Origin: Candidatus Eiseniibacteriota bacterium
GTDB taxonomy: Bacteria; Eisenbacteria; RBG-16-71-46
NCBI GenBank assembly: GCA_036845125.1
Contig: DAIUEO010000005.1
Span: 1 to 51,841, forward strand
DNA: 51,841 nt
Direction of reading: 5' to 3'
Part shown: positions 34,694 through 43,221 of the stretch, one piece after another
How positions within the stretch are numbered: the stretch's first letter is position 1
Layout of the letters: the number at the start of each line of letters is the position of its first letter
Position numbers and translations under genes: made by a program
The notes under the pieces: generated by a model
What the model was told of the DNA's origin: nothing
Database searches by the model: none
What the model saw: only the letters and a program-made list of their open reading frames with translations

Positions 34694-35176
34694 GTGACGA
34701 GCTTCGGCGATCTCTACAGCAGACATTCCGCCGACGTGTTCCGATTCGCGCTCTACCTGTCGGGCAATCGCACCGAGGCCGAGGACATCACCTCCGAGAC
34801 GTTCGTGCGCGCGTGGACGGCGCCGGCGCCGATCCGCATGGCCACGGTGAAGGGCTACCTGTTCACGATCGCACGCAACCTGTTCCTGCAGGGGAGGCGA
34901 AAGGCCTCCCGCCAGGTCGAGCTGTCCGAGGATCTGCGGGATCCGGGCGCCGGGCCGCACGCGGGGGCCGAGCACGACTCCGAGTTGGCCGCGGCGCTGG
35001 TCGCCCTGCAGAAGCTGCCCGAGGTCGATCGTGCCGCGCTGCTGATGCGCGCCCACGACGAGCTGCCGTACGAAGAGATCGCCCGTGCGCTCGGAATCTC
35101 TCTGGCGTCGGTCAAGGTCAAGATTCACCGCGCGCGTCTGGCGCTGGCGCGCATCCGCGACGAGTCCCGAGGGTAG
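34694..35176 (+). CDS. ECF (group IV) RNA polymerase sigma factor
   Basis: 160 aa with a GTG start. Region 2: DVFRFALYLSGNRTEAEDITSETFVRAW...YLFTIARNL. Region 4: LPEVDRAALLMRAHDELPYEEIARALGISLASVKVKIHRAR. Confidence 0.85.
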   Translation: MTSFGDLYSRHSADVFRFALYLSGNRTEAEDITSETFVRAWTAPAPIRMATVKGYLFTIARNLFLQGRRKASRQVELSEDLRDPGAGPHAGAEHDSELAAALVALQKLPEVDRAALLMRAHDELPYEEIARALGISLASVKVKIHRARLALARIRDESRG

Positions 35177-35189
35177 GGAGGAGGCACCG

Positions 35190-35609
35190 ATGAAAGTCAC
35201 ACGCGAAGTCATCCTGGATCTGCTGCCGCTCTACCTCGCGGGCGAGGCGAGCCCCGCCACGCGCGAGCTGGTGGAGGAATACCTGGCGCAGGATCCGGAG
35301 CTGGCGCGCCAGGTGCAGTCGAGCCGTGACCCGCTCGGGCGGGCGATGCCGGCGGCGCCCGCGCCCGATCTCGAGGTGCAGATGCTCTCGCGGACCCGCC
35401 GCCTGATCGCGCTCCAGAGATGGCTCTTCGGTCTCGCGATCGGGTTCACAGCGATCGGGCTCGCCTTGAGGGTCACGTTTCACGACGGACGGATTTCGAG
35501 CGTGAACCTCGTCGTCCTGGAGCATCAGGCCGAGGTGGGGGTGTTCCTCGTGATCGGCGCGGCACTCTGGGTCGTCTATTTCACATTGAAGCGCCGGCTG
35601 AGGACCTGA
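35190..35609 (+). CDS. membrane anti-sigma factor (zinc-less anti-sigma-domain-like)
   Basis: ORF 35085..35609. ATG 35190 follows GGGAGGAGG, 14 nt after the sigma gene stop. The N-terminal VILDLLPLYLAGEASPATRELVEEYLAQDPELARQV resembles an anti-sigma N-domain lacking the Cys/His ligands. Two TM helices follow. Confidence 0.6.
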   Translation: MKVTREVILDLLPLYLAGEASPATRELVEEYLAQDPELARQVQSSRDPLGRAMPAAPAPDLEVQMLSRTRRLIALQRWLFGLAIGFTAIGLALRVTFHDGRISSVNLVVLEHQAEVGVFLVIGAALWVVYFTLKRRLRT

Positions 35610-35629
35610 AAACGCCGACTGCCGGCCTG

Positions 35630-35680
35630 GCCCGCGCCGAGGACCTCACCTCGCTCACCTTCGAGAAGGCCTGGCGTGCG
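35630..35680 (+). repeat. 51-nt fragment of an ECF sigma region-2 coding sequence; a direct repeat of 40888-40938
   Basis: GCCCgCGCCGAGGACCTCACCTCGCTCACCTTCGAGAAgGCCTGGCGtGC matches 40888-40938 with 3 mismatches, by eye. It encodes AEDLTSLTFEKAW but lies in the 135-nt gap between the anti-sigma gene stop and the giant gene stop, with no ORF context. Confidence 0.7.
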
Positions 35681-35744
35681 TGCACGAGCTCATGCTCGGC
35701 GTCGAGCGGTGCCCGACGCCGGCATGTCGTGAAGGGCCGTTCTA

Positions 35745-38700
35745 CTACCGCAATACGACCAAGGTTCGGCGAGCGACGTCGTTTCCGCTGCTAAAGCGTG
35801 CGAAGTAGAGCCCGGGAGCCACCGGGACTCCGCGCGAATCGCACAGATCCCATGCGACCCGGCCGCGGCCCGGCGCCAGTTCCCGATGGATCAGCCTTCG
35901 CACGAGACGCCCAGAGACATCGAATAGTTCGAGATGTGCTTCTCCGCGCCGCGTGAGCGAGTACGCGAACGAGACCGGTGACGCGACCACCGGGTTCGGC
36001 GCGACCGGGCCGAAGGCGAACGTCGAAGCCTGGCCGGACTCAGGCACGTCCACGAGCTGCGAGAGCAGATTCCCAAAGCAGCCAGGCGCCTCCGCGTTCC
36101 CGAGCGCAATCGCTGTCCATAGCTCGGCTTTCGAACGGACCTCACAGTCTCCAGGGCGGCCCAGCTGGGAGAGAGCAAAGCCATCCACGAGCGTCGAATA
36201 GGTCGCCGCCGGCGCCGGGTTCCGTCGCACTGAACCCACGAACGGTCCGCTCATGTAAAAGTCCTCGTAGTAGATTGCCGCGCTCATGCCGGGGTTCGGA
36301 TCCAAAACCGAGACGTCCCTCGGCACGAGGTCGCCGCCGGGCAGGGCCGATTGCGTGGCGAGCCCGAACATCGATTGGTCGTAGGGCGCCGGTGCGCCGG
36401 TAGCGAACGCGCGCAGGCACGTCGTTTCGAATACTCCGCCAGCGACCTCGTTCATGCTGCCGAGTCCGTTGGTGCCAAGGATCGCCGACGCGAACGGCGC
36501 AACCTCGGGCCGGGTGAGGTCAAGGCCAATACCCGAACCATTCAGCCACAGCCGCTCGATATCCGGTGTCGAGGCAGTGAGCCACGATTGCAGCAGCGCG
36601 AGGTCGTTTGCTGGATTGCCGAACGCCTGCGCGGCGAGCACCGCTTCGTCACGCCGCCCTGTGAGCCATACCACTTGCTTGTACGTGGCAAGCTGCGCGG
36701 CGCTCGGGCCGCTGGTCGAGCCCACAGGTTGGCCGATCCGGGAGCCAGGCGAATTGCCCAGGTTGGCGTCCGCAGCACGCACGTCGAACCGGTCCCAACC
36801 CGACGTTACCCCGAGCTGCGCGAGGGCGCGCTCCAGCGTGCCGATCTCGGAAGTATCAGCCGCCGCGTTCACCACGAGCACGCAGCTCGCGGGGCCCGTC
36901 GTGTCGGCCCAGCCGGGCAGGCAGCGGAACGTGAATGTGCGGGTCGAGTCCGGCAGACGTGCCACCCCCCCCGCCGAGTCGACGAATGTGGCAGTGAAGT
37001 AGTAGTTGAGCGTGGTGCCGGGAGTGAAGAGGCTGTCCGGGAACACCTCGTTTCCTGAGTCCGGTGAATACTGCGGGTCCATCGGACCGAAGCTCAGCTC
37101 CGACATGAACTGGGAGGGCGCGGCAGGCCCAGTCACAGGCAGGTTGTGCAGCGCGAGTGACGCGCTTGAATAGCCGCCGGATGACGGGAACCGCCCGAGC
37201 CAGTCGAGGAACGCCACCGAGTCGATTCCCGGCCCCGCGTCTACGCGAAAGTGGACTCGAACCCGCGGCGGAGGGGTGCCGGGCGGGCCCGGTCGCACGA
37301 ATAGGCATGGCACGTCGACGACCTGCATCACAGACACGCCCCCCAGCGAATCGGCGATGGTGGGACCGACCGCGTCCACTCGGCAGGTGGCATGAAGATC
37401 GAGCGAGCCATTCGTCGGGAACGCGTCCTGCAGCAGGTCCGCATCGCGGGCGACCATGCGCGGGCCACCGCCCGCGAGCGCCGCGACCTGCACATTATCC
37501 ACGTATGGGCCTGGACTGTCCCCCTCGATGCCGTTCAGCCATGGCCACTTGGCAGAGTCGTCCTGAACGCCGATCGCGACCTGCAGGCTCTCTGCATAGA
37601 GCGGCACCAGTGGACTGATGTCCGCACTGATCCGGCGCACCGCGTCTTCCTTGCCGTAGTAGCGCAGCCCGTAGTCGAGCCACGGCCCCCACGCGTCCTG
37701 TAGCGCCCCGGTCGAATCCGGGGAGGGCTTCGATCGCACGTTCCACACCAGGAAGAACCCGTTCGCCATCGGCAGCCGGGTAAACATGTCGAAGCTCAGG
37801 CGATAGCCGACGTGTGGATAGCCCGGCACTGGGTTCAGCCCCATGGGCGGCGAGACTGCGCGGTTGTCCTGGCCTGGAACGTGGCGCCCCGTGAGCTGGT
37901 CAACAAAGTCGAGCACGGGCGCTTGCATGTGGCTTGGCGGCACATGCGGAGGCAGGATGATCACAGGGAGGATCTCGACTCGCCCGCCCTGTCCCGACCA
38001 GTCCTCCTCTTTCCAGCCCTGCATGCCGCCGGTAAATGTCCAGCCCCCGACCCAATAGAGCGGCGGCTTGTCGCCGACGACCGGATATGGCTCGGGTCGT
38101 GGCAGGATGCCGCACGTCGGATAGGCGCCGCCCGTGACGCGCCACGGAATCATGAACAGATAGATCGAGTCCCGGCCGACCTCCCAGTGTGTGGGCACGC
38201 CTCCCTCGACCACATGATGCTGGTTCCAGACTGTGAGAAACCGGTAACCAGCGTGATCCACAGTCTCCGTGACATTCTGCGTGCTCTTGTCCGCGTCGTC
38301 CGTGTTCTGGTTCGCGCCGTTCCTGTCCCAGTCGTTCGCGTCGGAGTTCTTGTTTTCGTCTTGGTCCCAATAGCGATTGTTGATATCGCCGTCGGCGTCG
38401 GAGCTCCCGAGCGCCGTGTAGTCCACGACATCGCCGGGGAACACCAGCAGCGACTTGCGCGGCGGCCGGAGCGAGTCGCCGTTCAGCCTCGTGAATCGCG
38501 CAACGCAGACGGGCTCGAAGTAGCGGTTCAGGAAGTCGCTCCAGTAGTGGTTGGTCTCAAAGAAGAACTGGGGAAGCGGGGGAATGGGGTGGGCGCCTGC
38601 GTTGAGAAACGGTGTAACGTCATTGTTCTTCATGTAGCGGTAGGGTCCGGGCGTCATGCCGCCCATGTGCGGATTGTCGAGCGTGAACTCGCTGCTGTTC

Positions 38701-40559
38701 GACGACCGCTGGTGGCGGGGCCATTCGATGGACAGGCCGCGCAGCTTCGGTTCGCTTTTGCGCCTCAGCGTCACGATGTTGTTCATGTTCGAGACGATGT
38801 CCCATGCGGCGTCTCGCGTGTCCATGGGCAACTTCTCGTTCGTGTACAACTGGAGGAACGCGTCCGACATGTCCACCCAATCCTGGTGGATCTTGCCCTT
38901 GAACTTGAGTTCGTATGCGTTGTCTCGGGACGCACGTATGAGGAGCTGCTTGTTGTCGGCCGGGTCCAGCGCCAGTTCGCCGATGTCGGCGACGTCGCGG
39001 ATGAGCTTGTGCGCAAGCACGTCGATTTGGGGAATCAGCACGTTCCGAACGGCATCGAGATCCACGGCCCCGACCGCGATGTCCTCGGTTCGGGCTGAAT
39101 TCGCGAGCATGTCATCCCCGTAGACCTCAGCCCAGGTCTCTGTGAATCTCTGGGGCGTGAGGGTGGCCGGGTTCTTCTCGGCGATGTTCTTGAAGAACTC
39201 TCCAGCCGGAAAATTCCAGCTCGGAAGCTCGCACAAGCCGGCGTACTTCACGGTCATGGGAATCTGATCCGCCACTTCCACCATTCCCATCCAGCAGCTG
39301 ATCATCATCAGGGTCTCGACGTCCGTCCCGAATATTCCTCCGTAAAGCTCGCCCATGCTCATATGATTGGTCCCCGTTCCGCCCTCCCTCAGCATCGTTC
39401 CCTTCCACCCGTAGCCGTGCCCGGCCATGATCAGAGCCTCGTGCTGATGGGGCCCGGGAAACAAGCGCTCCGCCCAACCGATGAATTCGTTCAGCGTATC
39501 CCCAAGCACCATGGACGGAAGCGCCGACTTGCCCCACTTCTCCCCGGGTGAGTTCAGGGTCAATGGTTGGTCTGCGGTGCAGCGCGAATCCAGCAGGATG
39601 TACCGGGCGCCCGTCTCACCCTTGCCGTTCATCAACCAGGGATCATTGGTCTGCACCACGATGTGCATGCGCGGCAGCAACCCCGACGCGCAAACGGCAG
39701 GCAGGTTCATGACCTTTCGAACCATTTCGATCATGGGAAGGGCTGCTGTAACGAGCGAAAGCCTGACCTTCGGATCGCTCGCGTCCAGGTAGAGCATGAC
39801 GAGCCAGTCATATTCCGCTGCGTTGCCCGACAGGCTCCCAGATGCGAGCAGAGGAGCCGCGGCCCGCCAGTTCGGTTGCTTCGGAGTCGCCAGGCCCGCG
39901 TCCTTCCCGCCCCCTCCCGCGAAGTTCACGAGGTCGTTCGAGTCGGTGCTGGACGAATCACGTCCGATGGACTCCCCCTTCATTAGAACCGTGACACTAG
40001 TGCCGAGTGAATCGCTCGACTTCGTCGGAACCACACCGCCCACCGGCCAATTGCCAGTTCCCGTCGCCCAAGCGTAAGCCGGTCCCGTTGGCGTCGCTTC
40101 ACTGGACGACCACGCCACGAAGTCCACCATGTGCGCGGCCGACGGCGTGGAGACGTAGAGCGCGCAGGCGTCGAGCGTGTCCACGAACGGGACTACAAAG
40201 GGAACGTGAAGGACCCCGATGCTGTCGGTGAGCACCGAGTCGTCCTCGCCGGCGGCGAACACGACGAGCAGCAGGCCGCCGGCCGGCAGGTCCCAGGCGG
40301 GAAGCGAGGCCAACTCCGTCGTCGAGTTGCCCAGCGTCCAGCCCGCAAGCGACTGCGACCCTGGTCCCGTGTTACGGAGCTCCACCCAAGGCGAAGTGCT
40401 CAACGAGTCATAGAACGCGAGAGCGAGCGAGTCTTCGGGGGCTATCGGGCGGAACATCACCTCATTCACCACGACGGACGGCGAGGCTGTCGTGGCCGAC
40501 GCGAGCGCGAGACATGTAAGCACACATAGGCGGGAGAAACTGCGGGCGCGGCGGTCCAT
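35745..40559 (-). CDS. giant secreted multidomain protein: lamin-tail domain, clostripain-like (C11) cysteine peptidase, Asp-rich Ca-binding-like repeats, and FlgD-Ig/T9SS-type CTD
   Basis: 1604 aa with a signal peptide (...CLALASATTA). LTD: VVVNEVMF...WVELRNTGPGSQSLAGWTL. C11-like blocks: WLVMLYLDASDP, IMAGHGYGWKG (His) and LMMISCWMGMVEVADQ (Cys), with the His and Cys about 41 residues apart. Asp-rich: SSDADGDINNRYWDQDENKNSDANDWDRNGANQNTDDAD. CTD: ...VAPNPVV..VSFAYSL..GEAHLELFDVSGRLVRRL...GLYFARFSSG....LVVLR. Confidence 0.8.
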   Translation of the reverse strand: MDRRARSFSRLCVLTCLALASATTASPSVVVNEVMFRPIAPEDSLALAFYDSLSTSPWVELRNTGPGSQSLAGWTLGNSTTELASLPAWDLPAGGLLLVVFAAGEDDSVLTDSIGVLHVPFVVPFVDTLDACALYVSTPSAAHMVDFVAWSSSEATPTGPAYAWATGTGNWPVGGVVPTKSSDSLGTSVTVLMKGESIGRDSSSTDSNDLVNFAGGGGKDAGLATPKQPNWRAAAPLLASGSLSGNAAEYDWLVMLYLDASDPKVRLSLVTAALPMIEMVRKVMNLPAVCASGLLPRMHIVVQTNDPWLMNGKGETGARYILLDSRCTADQPLTLNSPGEKWGKSALPSMVLGDTLNEFIGWAERLFPGPHQHEALIMAGHGYGWKGTMLREGGTGTNHMSMGELYGGIFGTDVETLMMISCWMGMVEVADQIPMTVKYAGLCELPSWNFPAGEFFKNIAEKNPATLTPQRFTETWAEVYGDDMLANSARTEDIAVGAVDLDAVRNVLIPQIDVLAHKLIRDVADIGELALDPADNKQLLIRASRDNAYELKFKGKIHQDWVDMSDAFLQLYTNEKLPMDTRDAAWDIVSNMNNIVTLRRKSEPKLRGLSIEWPRHQRSSNSSEFTLDNPHMGGMTPGPYRYMKNNDVTPFLNAGAHPIPPLPQFFFETNHYWSDFLNRYFEPVCVARFTRLNGDSLRPPRKSLLVFPGDVVDYTALGSSDADGDINNRYWDQDENKNSDANDWDRNGANQNTDDADKSTQNVTETVDHAGYRFLTVWNQHHVVEGGVPTHWEVGRDSIYLFMIPWRVTGGAYPTCGILPRPEPYPVVGDKPPLYWVGGWTFTGGMQGWKEEDWSGQGGRVEILPVIILPPHVPPSHMQAPVLDFVDQLTGRHVPGQDNRAVSPPMGLNPVPGYPHVGYRLSFDMFTRLPMANGFFLVWNVRSKPSPDSTGALQDAWGPWLDYGLRYYGKEDAVRRISADISPLVPLYAESLQVAIGVQDDSAKWPWLNGIEGDSPGPYVDNVQVAALAGGGPRMVARDADLLQDAFPTNGSLDLHATCRVDAVGPTIADSLGGVSVMQVVDVPCLFVRPGPPGTPPPRVRVHFRVDAGPGIDSVAFLDWLGRFPSSGGYSSASLALHNLPVTGPAAPSQFMSELSFGPMDPQYSPDSGNEVFPDSLFTPGTTLNYYFTATFVDSAGGVARLPDSTRTFTFRCLPGWADTTGPASCVLVVNAAADTSEIGTLERALAQLGVTSGWDRFDVRAADANLGNSPGSRIGQPVGSTSGPSAAQLATYKQVVWLTGRRDEAVLAAQAFGNPANDLALLQSWLTASTPDIERLWLNGSGIGLDLTRPEVAPFASAILGTNGLGSMNEVAGGVFETTCLRAFATGAPAPYDQSMFGLATQSALPGGDLVPRDVSVLDPNPGMSAAIYYEDFYMSGPFVGSVRRNPAPAATYSTLVDGFALSQLGRPGDCEVRSKAELWTAIALGNAEAPGCFGNLLSQLVDVPESGQASTFAFGPVAPNPVVASPVSFAYSLTRRGEAHLELFDVSGRLVRRLIHRELAPGRGRVAWDLCDSRGVPVAPGLYFARFSSGNDVARRTLVVLR

Positions 40560-40640
40560 GCGCAGTTGTCCTCACGTATTGCCCGCGAGCACTCGACGGG
40601 GGGATCGCCGGGCGCGGGCTCGCATCCAGATGCCAGCGGG

Positions 40641-40668
40641 AGTTTACGTCCCCGCCTTGGGCTGTCAA
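40641..40668 (-). promoter_or_regulatory. sigma70-like promoter for the giant gene (TTGACA-16 nt-TAAACT on the minus strand)
   Basis: The complement of 40663-40668 is TTGACA and the complement of 40641-40646 is TAAACT, with a 16-nt spacer. The -10 element is about 82 nt upstream of the ATG at 40559. Confidence 0.4.
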
Positions 40669-40752
40669 CGGGTATCTGTTGAGCTGACCGGCGAGGAGCG
40701 GGGCAAAGGTCCCCCGTGATACCCGTGGTCTGGGGCCGTATCATCCCCTGCA

Positions 40753-41298
40753 ATGGCCAACGAGAGCATGACCATGAGCCGGCTTTGGACCTGGGCGATT
40801 CCGGTCACCGAGGAGAACTGGGACGCGCTGTACGCGGAGCAGCTTCCGCGGGTCTACAACTTCTTCCGGTTCCGGGTCGGGAACGACGCCCTCGCCGAGG
40901 ACCTCACCTCGCTCACCTTCGAGAAAGCCTGGCGGGCCCGCGCCCGCTACCGCCGGGACGTCGCGGCGTTCGGCACCTGGCTCTACGTCATTGCGCGCAA
41001 CGTGGCGGTGGATCATTTCCGCCAGCGGCGTCCCCACGTCGCGCTGGAGGAAGCCGCCGAGATTCCCGGCGGTGACACGCCGGAGCAACTCGCCGAGCGA
41101 CGCTCCGATGCCGAATTGCTGGGCCGGCTGGTCGCGCAACTACCCCCGCGCGAAGCCGAGCTCCTCGCCCTTCGGTACGGCGCCGGACTCACGAACCGGT
41201 CGATCGCCCGCATGACGGGCCTCACCGAATCCAATGTCGGCACCATCCTGCACCGCACGATCAAGGGATTGCGCGCCGACTGGCCGGAAGGAGCATGA
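40753..41298 (+). CDS. ECF (group IV) RNA polymerase sigma factor
   Basis: 181 aa. Region 2: VYNFFRFRVGNDALAEDLTSLTFEKAW...WLYVIARNVAVDHFR. Region 4: LPPREAELLALRYGAGLTNRSIARMTGLTESNVGTILHRT. The start is uncertain (ATG 40753, 40768 or 40774). Confidence 0.85.
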   Translation: MANESMTMSRLWTWAIPVTEENWDALYAEQLPRVYNFFRFRVGNDALAEDLTSLTFEKAWRARARYRRDVAAFGTWLYVIARNVAVDHFRQRRPHVALEEAAEIPGGDTPEQLAERRSDAELLGRLVAQLPPREAELLALRYGAGLTNRSIARMTGLTESNVGTILHRTIKGLRADWPEGA

Positions 41299-42260
41299 CG
41301 ATGGACGAGCGTTTTCTGGAAAACCTGCGCCGCGAGCCGCGGCCTGAGTTCGCGGCCACGCTGCGCGACAAGCTGCGGTCTCAGGAGTCGCGGTCGGTCG
41401 CCTGGCGGCACGGCCGCACCCGGGCCCTCGCCTTCGCCGCGGCGGCGGTGATCGCGGTGTCATTGTTTGCCCTGCCGTCGGTGCGGGCCTCCGCGACCGC
41501 GATGCTGGACATGTTCCGCGTGCGGAAGTTCGCGGTGGTCCAGTTCGACGAATCGCGCTTGGAGAAGCTGCGCTCGCTCAAGGACGAGCGCGCATTTCTC
41601 ATCTTCGACCGCAAGGAAGTGCACCGGGAGCCGGGGCCGGCGCGGTACATGGCTTCGCTGGAAGCGGCGGAGGCCGAGGCGGGGCTCAAGGCGGCCCGGC
41701 TCACCTACATTCCGACCGGTCTCATTCCCGACAGCATCTACGTGGAGGGCGCGGGCGAAGCGCGATTCGCGGTGAGCGAAACCAAGCTGCGCGAGGCGCT
41801 CGACCTGCTCGATCTGCGCGACGTCTCGGTGCCCCCCGGTCTCGAGGGCCAGTGGGTCGACGTGCGCAAACCCCCGGTCGTGATTCAGACGTTCAAGAGC
41901 GCAAGAGGGAACGAGGTCGGCCTGATGCAGGCGATGAGCCCCGAGGTGGCGCTCCCACCCGGCCTCGACCTGGCGCGGCTCGCCGAGGTGGGGCTCCGCA
42001 TCCTCGGGCTCGACCAGGGTGAAGCGCGCCGCATCGCGCAGGCCACCGACTGGCGGAGCACGCTGCTCGTGCCGGTGCCGATGAACGCGAGCACGTTCCG
42101 CCAGGTGACGATCCACGGGCAGCCCGGTCTGCTCGTCACCATGGAGAACGGGAAGCGGAACGGCTCGGTGGTGCTGTGGACCGAGAACGACCGCGTGTTC
42201 GCGCTGAGGACGACCCTGGGTTCGACGGTCGCGGTGCAAATGGCGGAGTCGGTGCAGTAG
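41295..42260 (+). CDS. single-pass membrane protein, putative anti-sigma factor with a DUF4367-like extracytoplasmic domain
   Basis: ATGA overlap with the sigma gene. It has a cytoplasmic N-terminus and a TM helix (ALAFAAAAVIAVSLFALP). The C-terminal block VTIHGQPGLLVTMENG...VVLWTENDRVFALRTTLGSTVAVQMAESV resembles DUF4367. Confidence 0.55.
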   Translation: MTMDERFLENLRREPRPEFAATLRDKLRSQESRSVAWRHGRTRALAFAAAAVIAVSLFALPSVRASATAMLDMFRVRKFAVVQFDESRLEKLRSLKDERAFLIFDRKEVHREPGPARYMASLEAAEAEAGLKAARLTYIPTGLIPDSIYVEGAGEARFAVSETKLREALDLLDLRDVSVPPGLEGQWVDVRKPPVVIQTFKSARGNEVGLMQAMSPEVALPPGLDLARLAEVGLRILGLDQGEARRIAQATDWRSTLLVPVPMNASTFRQVTIHGQPGLLVTMENGKRNGSVVLWTENDRVFALRTTLGSTVAVQMAESVQ

Positions 42261-42270
42261 CCTTCACCGC

Positions 42271-43221
42271 ATGACGGCACTGGTCGAGACGCGCGGGCTG
42301 CGGAAGCAGTTCGGGAGCAAGGTGGCGGTCGACGATCTCTCCCTGACGGTTCGTCGGGGGGAGGTCTTCGGCTTTCTCGGACCGAACGGCGCCGGCAAGA
42401 CCACCTCGCTCAAGATGCTGCTCGGGCTGATCGAGCCGAGCGCGGGCTCGGCGATGGTGCTGGGCGCGCCGATCGGCGACCGCCGCGCGCGCGCGAAGCT
42501 CGGGTTCCTGCCCGAGCACTTCCGCTTCCCCGACTGGCTCACCGGCCGCGAGATGCTGCGCTTCCACGGCCGGCTCTACGGGATGGGCGGAACCGCGCTC
42601 GCCGTGCGCGCCGACGAGCTGCTCGCGCGCGTCGACCTGCTGGATGCCGCGCACCAGCCGATCCGCACCTACTCGAAGGGCATGATGCAGCGGGTGGGCC
42701 TCGCCCAGGCCCTGCTCAACCGGCCGGAGCTGGTGTTCCTCGACGAACCCACGTCGGGGCTCGATCCGCTGGGCCGGCTGCTGGTGCGCGACATCATCCG
42801 CGAGCTGCGCGCCGAGGGCACCTCGGTGTTCCTCAACTCGCACCTGCTCGGCGAGGTCGAGGCCACCTGCGACCGCGTCGTGTTCGTCAAGGCCGGACGC
42901 ACCGTGCACGAGCTGAGGCTCGGCGGCGACGCGAGCGCCCTCGACGTCGAGCTCCGGATGGGACCGCTCATGAACGGAACGCTCGAGATGCTGGAACGCT
43001 TCGGCCGCGTGGAGCCGGTTCCAGGCCTGGGACGGAACGAGCCGGGGACCTCCGTCGCCGAGACCCGCGTGCGCCTGCGGGTCACGAACGAGGAAACGCT
43101 GCCGGAGCTGGCGCGCTCGCTGGTCGAGCGCGGGGTGGCGCTCTACGAGATGAAGCTCGCCCGCAAGTCCCTCGAGGCCTGGTTCCTCGAGGTCATGGGC
43201 GAGGAGCAGAGGCCCGGCTGA
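42271..43221 (+). CDS. ABC transporter ATP-binding protein (ABC-2/DrrA-like)
   Basis: Walker A is GPNGAGKTT, the signature is YSKGMMQRVGLAQAL and Walker B is LVFLDEPTSGLD. The H-loop region is present. Confidence 0.9.
   Translation: MTALVETRGLRKQFGSKVAVDDLSLTVRRGEVFGFLGPNGAGKTTSLKMLLGLIEPSAGSAMVLGAPIGDRRARAKLGFLPEHFRFPDWLTGREMLRFHGRLYGMGGTALAVRADELLARVDLLDAAHQPIRTYSKGMMQRVGLAQALLNRPELVFLDEPTSGLDPLGRLLVRDIIRELRAEGTSVFLNSHLLGEVEATCDRVVFVKAGRTVHELRLGGDASALDVELRMGPLMNGTLEMLERFGRVEPVPGLGRNEPGTSVAETRVRLRVTNEETLPELARSLVERGVALYEMKLARKSLEAWFLEVMGEEQRPG

Noticed and set aside
35420-35794. A 124-aa ORF spanning the anti-sigma gene 3' end and the orphan sigma-fragment repeat.
   Set aside because: Only the 17 residues encoded by the duplicated 51 nt look like sigma-factor sequence. 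The rest is Arg-rich shadow sequence overlapping two real genes, so it is a gene fragment rather than a functional ORF.
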